Below, in pieces: positions 9,701 to 21,700 of a DNA stretch of 64,000 nt. A program made the position numbers and the translations under genes. The stretch comes from Catajapyx aquilonaris (lineage: Eukaryota). The first letter of the stretch is position 1; the number at the start of each line of letters is the position of its first letter. Under the pieces are notes generated by a model. It saw nothing but the letters and a program-made list of their open reading frames with translations, was not told the origin of the DNA and made no database searches. The stretch spans positions 1 to 64,000 of the forward strand of contig KZ538061.1 of assembly GCA_000934665.2 (NCBI GenBank), in the 5' to 3' direction.

Positions 9701-12700
9701 TTGTCGCTGATGCGGCCAAAGTCTGAGCTCCATTTATGGAGGTAAGGCAAGAATCACTTGCTGCAGGGGAATATCTGGAAGCGATAAATCGAATCGGTGG
9801 AAGATTGCCTATCGATCACTTTTTTATATGAAGTCGTGCAAGAAGTTTTGAAAATCCGAAAAGCCTCCGTTTGCAAGACTTATTGCAAGGCTGGTGCACC
9901 ACCATATACAGACTCCCATAATGTGTAATAGATGGCGTCTGCTGTTAGTTCCATGGCAGTTCGCATGATATACCACCAGAGGCGCTGTTTCGTCCGTCCA
10001 AATCTATTTGAAAGGTGGCTTATAATGCAAAATTTCTGGGGGGGCTTTTTCTTCACAAAAGCATCCTCTGGGCCCGGAACTTTGGGGACCGCTTATCGTC
10101 GCCTGTGATCAGGAATAATGGGACGAGAAAAGAGGCGAAAATTAAAAGAGCCTGGGACTGATCGCTACTCCATTCTGAAATTGGCTCCAAAGCCTTATAC
10201 AGAATGAGGGTGTCATAACGAGCGGAGGAGCTTTTCTGGAAGCGACACTGGCATCACTTCTGGCTCCCCGAGGAGTTTGGTGGGTTGGGGGGGACGATAA
10301 ATGACCCAGGCAAATGCGACTGGCAGGTCCTCACCCGGATTAGAGGTGGTCACAGGGGGCCCCCCGTCCCGCCTATGCTTCGATGCATCATGTCATATCC
10401 AGTTTACAGTGTCGAGCAGAAGGGTCAAGCACGTCATATGCACTCGCGGTGAACCATGCTTCGATGGTTCTCTGTTCTGTTGTATCGGGTGAGTCGGAAC
10501 CTACAAGCTCGTAGCTTGAAATCACTGCGAAACACTATGTATAACTGGTTCGAAATTAATGCTACACGACACAATGCAGGCAACGCAACCCAACAACCTC
10601 TGACAAATGTTGACAATGAGGGTAATGAACGAGAGTCGTTCTGAAATTATGTCGTCGCAACACGAATTACACTGCTTGTACAGCACATGTCCTAGTTACT
10701 GCAATCAAATAACTATCCCATCATTGATCCTAATTGGCTCCAACCCTCAGGCATCCGCATGGCCATTTTATTGACCATTCGGGTAGGGTTTCGAAATTAA
10801 ATAAAATTATGTGCCAGTGCCAACAGTCCGGTACAGCAGGCCAGGACTTCGGTGTTTTCACGCTAACAAGCTGTGGTCTAACTTTCACTTAACTATTGTC
10901 ATTAACCTACCATAATTAAGCATACATTAACAACTATTTTATGATGGCATCTGTGGATATCAGTGTGACATATCTGTATAATTGGCACGCTACCAGCCAT
11001 CCTATGAAAATGGTATTGTCCCTGCATTATGCACCGTACCCTTTAAATCTGGCCCACTGCCCTCCAGATATAATGAGTTTGGAAAAGATCCACCTCCCCT
11101 ACCAACTTAAGCTCCATTATCAAAACCCCCCTCTGGCGCATCCACTAAAAACCCCAACCCACAACGGTGCGAATTTTGCCCTTTTTAAACCATCCGTACA
11201 AAATATGTCTGAAAAAAGCGGTCCCAGCTGCATGTGTGTACTCCATTAGTCAGTCAGCAACCCTATGGGATCGAGAGCCGCTGTTTGTACTTCTCCTGGG
11301 GGTCCAGGATCATCATGGAGGGGGAGGGGGACGCTTAATGACCGGTACACACCCCTTGCCTACCCGCCAAATGATCGCCGCCACGTGCCCCATTCCCCCT
11401 TCCAAGCTATGGAAACTTTTGGTTCTTGCTCGGAATATCTCTATCTCCGGTTCAAGTTCCCTTCCTTCCTTCTACCAATAACAATCCAGTAATGGTCTGC
11501 ACTTTCACCTGATGCCCACCCTTCTCCTGCTGGTGATGGCTCTCTTAGGCGTCAGCAGGGAAGGAATAGGAATGGGTACTTCGTCTCCCTTCTATATCAT
11601 AGACTTGCACCAGATATTTGGAAATGTCGCTTGACAGGACCGTGCATACAGTATTAATTAGCGTGAAAGTCATAAGCATATTCGCGCCGTAGGCTACGTT
11701 CAAAGGAAAAACTGGCAAAGGGTGCTCGAAATTAATTAGCAACATTTCAGTGCGTGGCTGCAAAAACTCTTTTGCCTTTAGGGTATAGTTGCGATGCACT
11801 ACGGTGCACACTTTGAATGTTGTAATCAGAAATTGTGCTGGAAGTTTCTGCAATACTTCACAGAAGTTTACGAACGTCATGAAGTGTGGGATGTTAAGTT
11901 TGTCAAAATTCTCCTGTTTTTTGTACAGGTGCTGTAGCTCCATGGCCCCCAGCATGAATGAAAAACACAGCTAACAAACCACAGTTAAAACTACACCCAC
12001 TGTTGTCAATGCAAACATTTCTTGTAAGAAAACATTTGCATTGACAACACAACCGCAAATGGCGTCAGTGCAATAACAAACATTTCACTTTTCAACACCT
12101 CATTTTAATGACACGTGGAATCACTGACTGCAACAATGTTTTGTTGTGGGGGTAATATCGCTGTAGTGATTGCCTATATATGTGTAATATTGAATACTAT
12201 ACAATTTTCCATGAATTTCGCCTATTTTTGCCAAATTTTCTAAGTCCCATATACCAGTCAATTACCAGTACTTTCGCACAGAAACGAGCAAATTCAGCTG
12301 CACTTTACCCCGCAATTCACCCCATCGATCAAAAAACGTTACATAACCCACCAGCCAACCACCTAGCCCATAATACTGCCAAGCACACCCCCCTAAAAAC
12401 CAATCCTAATCCCCCCCCCCCTCCCCCGAAAAAAAAACACAAGCCTGCTTTTGACACACACCCCAAAAGCTGCAACATCCAAACAAACCCTGCTTTTCAT
12501 CCCTCGGACATACACCCGGTCTTCCCTCCCCAACACTTGTTCTGCAATTACAGGGAACAAACTGGATCCGGACACAATATTCCGGTAGGCTGCACCGGAG
12601 CCCCAAGTAGCCCAACCCTGGCAGATGAGTCAAACGCACACCCACATCTGATCCCCCCCTTTTCTCGTTATATTGTTCAGGGCAAAAGAAGGGAAGAAAG

Positions 12701-15700
12701 AGGGGTGGAACAGATCCCAGAAAAAAAGGAGAGAAAAGGACTGGAAATCACATTTATCGATTATACCCAAACCCTATATCTGCATGCATGCGGGTAGAGT
12801 GACAAGACCCTTTTTTTCCACGTGTGGGGAATATTTTCATCCTGGGGTTTCGACGCTGGATCCCCACAAATTGAATGCCTGTATGCCACAGACAAATGGC
12901 GACGGATTTCCCTCGATTTATATTCCAGGGGAAAAACCTATGGTCCGGTCTATAGGGCTAACTTTTACATACGAGCCGACTAACGTTTCTTGACAGCTCC
13001 AAAGATGGCTATAAAGTGTCACATAGGTGAAGCAAACCGCAGACATCTTACTACCGTATGAAATTGAAACTCGCACGTGGCTGAAATAAATTCGACTGGA
13101 AATCCGAAATGAGCCTTAGCCCACCTTTTAATCAACCCGGTTTTTCAACATCACGCCGCCAGTCTAGTAGAATTAATTTGCATTCTTCCCGAGCTCTGTA
13201 AGTAAATTCTGTTCTAAGGAGAAAGGGGAGAGGGGTTTGTTAGCCCAAGAAGTATAGAGAAAAGGAAAAAAAAAGTTACGGCTTTGTTCCGAATTATCCC
13301 ACCCACTTTGTGTCGCGCTAACATAAATCGAAGCCCGTCCAATATGGAAAACGAGCAACTTGTAAAGTTTACTAATAACACCACACAGATCGATTGTTTC
13401 GTCCAAAGAAAGTTTATTATGTTGCCTTTCGTGGCTTATTGTAGAAAATGTAGCAAGCAGTCTTTTTTAAAACATTTTGCAGCAAAACACAATTACCCAA
13501 GAGGTTGGATTCCTCCGGAAGGCAATTTCCAACCTCCTCCGATCGCAATTATCTATTGAAATGGGAGATCGTCTGGTGGTCCACAAGAGCTCGGGTTTTA
13601 CTTCCTCTCCCACTGCTACTAGGATCCGGTTGTTTACTCGAGGATCTTGGGTGTCACCATAGGTTCCTTCTTGCAAGCAGGGGACTATAAAAGGGGGAAG
13701 CATCCAATTTTGGTTTCTACCGCACACCTCAAGTTGCAAGTCCCGGATTTTCTATAGCCCTTGGGCAGACATTCAAGAAGAGCTGTCTTGTCACATTGAC
13801 CTCTCAGGGAACGTCTCAGGTTGCTTCAGTACATTTCAATATCCATTCAATCTGAGTCAACAGTTTGTCCATTAAAGCATCTTTGGGTCACTCGACCCGA
13901 CCAAAGGGGGACAGTCAAATTATTCCGAAATTGGACCTCCACCAATCCGGATTTCCAACCATTCATAGAGGATAAGATAATGGGTACTTTTTCTCCAAGA
14001 AACGTTCTCTGGAGACTACTGAAATAGGTCTCATTCTCTCTCCTACAATCTCTTAGAAACCCCTGGCACGAATAGAGCTTCTAGCTGTAAGCCGCTCCCA
14101 GCTCGAAGGATCGCAACCCAATACATGCTGTTAGTATCCTCCGATATCGCTTCTCAAGAAACCTTACATCTCCAAAGCGACTTTCAATGGGACCAGCTAC
14201 GGTTCAGGATATTGAGTCGTTCGCCAACAAAACGTTCAGAATACATCACAATGCAATGGATAGAATGCGTCAAATGATGACGATAATGGTCCTATATTGT
14301 GCAGAATACTGTACCGTATGTGTCAGGCATACTGGAAGCATACAGAATGTCAACCTGTACAATTTTTGTCACTTATATTCTCTGCAAACAAGGTAAATCT
14401 GCCTGTTCAGAGAACGTAATTTAATCCATGCTGAACCAAAAACTGTAATTCAATTTACCTTACAAAAAAAACAATCCTTGAAAATGCATGAAATGTGACA
14501 ACTCCTCGCTCCCAGCAGTTCCTTAGAACCAGATTAAAACGTAACTCCCCAGGACAATACTTTTTTGATTCTCCTTCACAGTAAAAAAAAAAACGAGAGG
14601 AAGCTCGCTCACACTTGGCGAGCCTGCAGTAATCCAATTAGGCTTCCTCAGAACGAGTTACAAATCCCAGGGTTTGGGAAGCACCAGAGGCTTTTCCATG
14701 TTCAAAATTCTAGGCAGGTTCTCCCGACCTTCTGGCATTCCAGGAGAGAACCCCCACACATATCGATCTTACTCCAGAGGACAACCTAACCCCCGAAAAA
14801 AAAGGGACGAAGAGCCAAAAGCTCGTCTTTTGTGATGACCTTTCATCCTCAGCATCCCTCAAAAACCGCCAAAATTGTGACTCTCAGCGGGAATATCCAC
14901 ACATGTGTGTGTCCCCAAGTGTCATCCAAGTCTTTGAAGGATCGTACCGCCAATTAAGAACAAGTCCGAGCAATTGCAGTTGGCTAGGGTTTCCTTGGGT
15001 ATACTGTTTGCTTTAGTTTCCAGAGGTTGCTAGAGGTGGAAGGGGACCTCATTAGCCTCTTCTGCTTGCTTTTGTTGACATAAGACTTCCTCCCCCAAAA
15101 AAGAAGCAAGATCGCATTTTTTAAAAACAGAAAGTTTCGTCGAAACTTGTGATTGATCTTAAGGATGCGTACCCCTCGAGTTATGGAAACCAATTTGGTT
15201 GCTTTCCTTCCCCCTTCCACATGCGAACTTTTCATAAGGTTTCTCGGAAGTTTGCTCTTGCGACTCGATTATTTTCACCGACCTCGTACCCGGTACTTAC
15301 GCTCTTTCCGGATTAGAAGTACGTAATCGTGTTGAAGAGGAGGGGCTATATACATCTTATCGTCGTTGGCAAATGAAGGAATTTCACTCATTAAAAGTTC
15401 AGTGTCGGATAAGAGTTTGGTCCTCGAAAGTTCTGCTGTACCAAAAAAAAGGGACACAATTTCCGATTCTTCGGAGCAAATTGGAAACTCTTTTGGCTCG
15501 GACCCTAACCAAAAAGGAGGGAAACAACAAACGGCTGAAATTCGGATGGGTCAATGTAAGATTAACTGACCTTCTTTTTCCACTCGCATTGTGCCGAAGA
15601 AGCATCCCCAAAAAGTTAGATCGCAATCGGCCCAACTTATTTCTTTTCCAATCACACAAAAGGGGAAGAGTACAAAAGATCCTATAAGACTCATCCTCAA

Positions 15701-18700
15701 TAGGGAATCCAAAATGGAGGGGGGGAAAAAATCAAAAGACTGAGTAAACAGATTTCGTCATCCAATATATATTTTTTCTGCAATTTTACAAGACTGACAG
15801 CAGCTATCTTGTGAAGTGTTCTGTGCAGAGAGTAGGAAACAAAGAGCAGACAAAAGAACCGCCTCTGTTCTCTTCTTGCCGGCTGTGCCCCATTAGCTTT
15901 GGGAGGTACAAGAGTGGAACTAAGAGGCGTAGGGGAAGACTCCTTATGTAGTTAGCGCACTTCCTCTCCCTTCCAATCGAAAAAAGAGTGGCAGTCGGTC
16001 CTTTTTGCGCACTCAGATCAAACTTGAAACCAAGAAGCACTGCCATTATAACGAGAGCTGCAATTGTCAAGATGTGTCCAAACCAGCATGACATTGCTGA
16101 CAGCCAATCACGCAGAGGTCGTGCCGGTTGCCACGCGCCACGTTTAGCCTAATTCCATTGTAATCTCAGGCCTGTCGCTTGGAGGGTCCAAAGTCTCATA
16201 TCCCAGTGCCCCTTTTGACACTTCTGTAAGTGACGCGTCTGCTCATCTTACTTACAAAACGTCATTTTTCTTGCCCGAAAAACCAGTTTCCAAGTCATCC
16301 GAGAGCCAGGCGCGGAAATTCCCCGGAACAATCTCGGCTTTATTGCATCTGTCCCCAAAGGTTTCCACAGTACACTACACTGGCGACGAGGGCCCTCCTT
16401 TCCCTGGGAGATAATCTTTCGTCTAGCTCGACGGTTTACGGTTGACGTGAAGGAGAAGCGATATTATTGCCGACAGGAAGCAGGATTTTGTTGACGACAG
16501 TCCCATCATTAAAGATAAAAACGCACGCTCCTTTTTTTTGTGTGTGGGGAGGTCTTCTATAGCCAAAGGCTGACTTTTAGAAACCAGATATAAAATTTTG
16601 AAAAGGGGGTTCGAACCCAGATCGATACTAGCGTCTTGAAGAAACTGGGTGGGGATCCATCGCAATTTTGGAGATCAACAAGGGGTTGAGTGTCGTCCCC
16701 AGTTATAACTCAGCTTCAACCAAAGGCCGCTAATGATAATGGCCTGTCGTGGTGACAGACAGATGCCGTAATACTAAAATTCCGGCCGTCGCCTCAACAA
16801 CGCCATTTTAGGGTGCATGGAAAAAGGGGTTGGGGGAGAGAGACTACATTCAGAAGATCTCCCGGCTCACCCTGTCATCAAAGCAACCTCCCCGTAAATA
16901 ATTGCGCATCAATGGCAAAATCTGACGACTTGTAAAATGAAAAGGTAATGCCCTGGAAGATCCTCATTAAAAATGCTTGCCCGGATGTTTCTATGGAGCT
17001 GTCTTTCGCTTCGGATCCCCCTGCAGAGCGACAATGCACCACTCCAAAACTTTGCGAGTAATTATCTCATCTTTTGTTCCCCCCCCTCTCATATATTTTA
17101 GAAGGGATAAGTTACCTCACGTCGCCCATGCAGGATATTGGGAGTTTCAGCCACCAGATGGCTCTAGCAGGCATGCGTCATCTGCCGGTCAGTGCCCGAA
17201 CCTCTTCGCGGAACAGCCTGAACTTGCCAATATGACAGTCACGTGTTTGCAATACGGTCCTGATGCCAGAACCGGGGCGTGATTGATTCATAAACTCACG
17301 GCACCACATACCGAGCAATCTAATCAGCAAGCCGTTATTGGTTTCCCGCCGGGTGATCGCGTTTTCCAGAGGACTCTGAGGGTCCAAATCCGCCCAAGTT
17401 CCCCCCTAGGGCAATTCTACTCACCTACGAAGCTCCCATGCATTGTGCCTTGGCGCTCAGCGGGAGGGATTGGGTAAAAGAGGGAGAAAAAAAAGGAAAC
17501 GCAGGGATAAGAAGGTAGAGAGAGGGAACTTCTCTCTCCCAAACCACAAGGGAAGTCTTACAGCACTTCCACCAACGCCTCTTAAGTGATTAACTCCGAT
17601 TTTAATCCCGGCCCTTTTTCCGGGAGAAACCATCCATTTCGGGGGAAATTGGGTGCCCCCTTGTACCGAACAAGCTTTCTACATAATTGCAGGCTCCAAA
17701 TGAGCCTTTTTCCGTCCCTAACCGTGGACCTACACAGCATCTGCTACCATTCAATATATCAATATGTTACGCCAATATCATCACTCTTTCGTGCAAATAT
17801 GAACAGGAGTGATAGTAACACTATTTTATCATAGCTCTTGAAGAACAACCCTGTGAAAATTACTACCTCCGCATTGCAATGAATAATACACACCCCTGCA
17901 AGAGCCGGCACTGTAGCTCCAACCATTGTCCTGATACCTCTTCGCCTTGATCTAAGCCCTTAATTCCTCTAACCCACCTACCTGCAATCCTAATTACCCA
18001 ATTTGTCCCCAACCAGCCTATTCCTTTGTTCAATCCGCCGGACCTCAGAAACCCCATTATGCAGTCGCCAAGACAACGCATCTCCCACACTAATCACATT
18101 ACAATTTCGCACCCAATGAGAGAATCTTGCCGGACACTGTCTTATCCAGCCTCGTTTGCATACATAAGTCCACATGCCCAGAGGGAGAGTGGAGATGGCC
18201 TCATGTATAGGGTTGACTCGTGCAGGGTGACTCATGCAGGGTTGCCTCCCACATAACACACCTATAGTGCTTGATTAATAGATAGTTGGTCCAATCACAA
18301 AGTTTGCCGAGTGGGTACACAGCAGGTCTATATAATGCAGAAGGCGTCAAAAGGGCAGACCGGATAAGGTCTAGACTCTGGAGAGAGACGTGGGGTAAGG
18401 GGAGGTAGGGCCACCCTGGGCATGAATAAAATAGGCCCAAATGGATGTTCCAGGCAGGAGGGGTGCTTTCAAAAGAGGTTCCTTTCGTCTTTCAATATCC
18501 CAATTTCTTGGCTGGTGAGTTGGGAGGCAGAGTCGATCACGTTTTTTTCTCCCTTCCTTCTCCCCCCCAGTTCGACAATCTTGCGCCCTCAGGGCTCAAG
18601 AGGGGTTGGGAACCTAGTTCAAGGAATGAAAATAATGGCGCACTTGCCTTCAATCCTATCAGTTATGAAGGCATTTTCCGGAGCAAAAAAAATGGCTTAC

Positions 18701-21700
18701 TGTTTGCCTAATTAAAAGTCCAGGCTAAAATCCTGGCTAGTAAATGAGTTGACGAAGTGCATTACGTCGACTTGTTATAAATTCAGTTTCCCTCCGCCGT
18801 GTGAAGCCACCTAATTAGCCTAGAGCTTTGGACCCTGGGAGACAATGAAAGCGCTAATTTGGTAGGCTTCACCAGCAGAACTTACTGTTTTGATGTAATA
18901 TCACGCACGGTACAGTAATCCACTGATCCTCCTGCGGGCCCATCATTGGGCAATTTGAGGCGGATTTACCCTAGTACATCCTCGTATACCATGTCGCTTT
19001 TAATACCCCTCTAAACCTATCCATGTCATAAACATATTTCGGCAATTACAATTAAATTTTACACAAATATATTTGTAAAGCTAATCCCTAAAAAAATGCA
19101 ATAAGTAATTTTTGCTTCCCCTTTGAAATTACCCCACGACCTATATAAATGGCCAAACCGATTGTATGCTTAACGTCACATGCACTTGAACAGTCATGTT
19201 GAACCTGCTAACACTTTCAGTACCTGACAATGTTACCATACACTCTTGCATGATTGGCAATTTCCCACGCATTATTTGAAAGTCCACGCCCCTTTCAGAA
19301 TACGTATGAAAGCGTCTGATTGCAAAATCGAAGAGTCTCGGACATGGTCCACATCGTTATTCCGGACGGTAATGTCATTTGGTCCAGGGTCACCAAAAAC
19401 ATCAATATGCAGCAGACCCTCTCCCTTTGAGTGAGTGGGGACCTTTGAAATTGGTGCTTCCTTTGGATTTCCGTATTGCCGGCAAAAAGGCTTCAGGGGT
19501 ACCGCCTTGCTCAAAAGAGAACTTCCAAGTGGGTGGTACGGGAAGGCAATTTCGCCCCTCTTCTTTAGGGGGCGAACCAAAACCAAAATCGTCTCGAAAT
19601 CCAAAGCTTATGGAGGGGGTAAACCATTTCCTATGTGGAACTATGTGGGAGGGGGAGAAATCTATTACGCGCCTAACCCAAGCACGTTTTAGGGCAATCC
19701 ATTAGGCTAACTATGGCCCCGTCACGTGATAGGCCCTCTGAGGGAAATTTTGATTTAATTGCCAATTATGTCCGGAGCCCCAGAGATGGCGGACGGGAGA
19801 ATTTTCCAAGACGATTGACGAGAACGTGATTATGAGCTCCCTCCTCCATGGCTCCAGATGATGGCCTCGTCACAGCTTCAATGAAACCCTCGTAAACTTT
19901 TCCCCCCTTCTTTTTACCACGAGGCTAAAGGGGATGCGCTCGTTGCTTCCACCGCAAATTTGGTTACGGTCGAAGTCCGTTCCGCCGAATTTTTTTTTGT
20001 TAAATCGAACATAATTAATGAACAGTTCCCTGACAGCTACATCAAGTAAAACATCCTGTCGGCTCCTAACCCAACGTTATCGTATCAGTGTTCCCTCGAC
20101 GGCCCCAGCCATTCACCGCGATCATTAAGCATCCTCCAGATGTTTGTAAACCTCGGGACACCCCGGAAAACCCCGGGCATCTGACGGACAGCCCAGAATT
20201 AATGGCGGTGGCGAAAACCCCACACTAAAAACAACATCCTCTTTAACCTGTTTATAAAAAAAAAGAAGCAGCGACCCCCCACCTACCTCCGGAACAATTC
20301 CAAAAAAACACTCCCCCATCTAAGCCCGCCCATAACATTGAAGTTGGCCCCGGAATGTGACAAGGCCAGATTAACTGCGCTCATGTGCCGAAGAATTGGC
20401 GCTGGCTCCACGCCCAACCAGGGAGGGAAAAGTTTCATTTGCATGGAAATCACGTGGTGAAAATGCTGTGAACGTCGGACTATGGCGCCAATTGTTGAGT
20501 TTTCAGCTGCTGGAGCCCCCTGTTACGGATGTGAAAAAGGTGGCTGCTGGGAAAAGCCCTCTCATCAAAGTTGCATGTAGTTGCCCACCTTTCAATCTGT
20601 CCAAATTGGCCAGGATTTTTGCACACCATGAAAGTTTGGGCACGCTCATAATTAGGCTGTCTTAAGTTCCGTCTTTGATCAAGGAAGCACATCACAAAGT
20701 AACTCGAGACCTAATTATTTCATCGCCACTTTGCAGCGACTCCGATCGTTACAACAATGTTACGAGGAGCGTGCCATCTCGCCCGTAGAATGTGACTTTC
20801 CTCCCAGTGATTATGACGTCCGACGAGAGTCGTCAAAAAGGTCGGGACTGATTACCCAACCGGGGTTAATACCATTAACCAGACTGTCAAGACGGATTTT
20901 AAGTTGGTGCGACCGCCGCGTCATCATCATCTGGGATTCAAGTCATGCTGGCTACTTACTAGTTATCAGCAGCCGTTGGGCTCGTACCCGGAGTCATCAT
21001 TTTCGCCTTAATCCGCCAAAACTGCATGCCCATTACCTGAAACTCGCCTCTTTGTCGCCGGGAGTAATTTGTAATTAGCCAAAGCCGCGGCTTGGCCACT
21101 TTCCCCTTCTCCCCACCCAAAGCCTGGGTCCCACCCCATCCTATTATTAATATTATCAAAACACCGGCTCTGGGGAGCACAAAAGCACACTTTACCCCCG
21201 AGGAAACTTGCCATCGCCAATAACCACTCATCTGGTCCCGAGAGATACGCCCAATTATTTATGTTTAATATTAATATTAGGGCCCAATATTTTTATTGAA
21301 AAAGAAACTCACCCCAAAGGCAGAGTATCGCTTGGACTTGCGCGTATCCTTGTTGAGGAACACTTCCGACTTGGGCCTGGGCGGCTTCTTTGGTCTCAGG
21401 ATAACTTTGGCCTCCTCCCGGATATCGTCATCCAGAAGCTTGGAGTCGCTGGACACGGACAACTGTCGCTGGACCGGTTCGTGATGGTGGTCACGCAGTC
21501 TCTCCCAACCTGAAAAGCAACCAGGAGAATAATCAAACTAGGCTCTCTTTTTTTCCCCCTTGGCCCCTCCACAGTGTTGACGAGGAGAGCCCAACGGACG
21601 GACGGTCCCTTTCGCAACATTGATTTCCGATCCATCATCGAGCACAACAGTGTGGAATGCACTGGATGATTTCCTACCCACACCCCCGGAGAGCAGGGAC

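Noticed and set aside
12180..12797. 205-aa Pro/His-rich ORF
   Set aside because: Reflects C/A homopolymer-rich composition; no domain or splice support.
15275..15457. Minus-strand ORF with a strong gtaagt donor at 15300
   Set aside because: The open frame ends in phase 1 but the next CDK14 acceptor (8939) is phase 0; the phase-0 frame has a TAA just upstream.
15804..16094. 96-aa ORF with a signal-peptide-like N-terminus
   Set aside because: No recognisable mature peptide, family motif or splice support; length is within chance for this composition.
16600..16625. GGTTCGAACCC B-box-like motif (tRNA/SINE)
   Set aside because: No A-box, cloverleaf or SINE tail around it.
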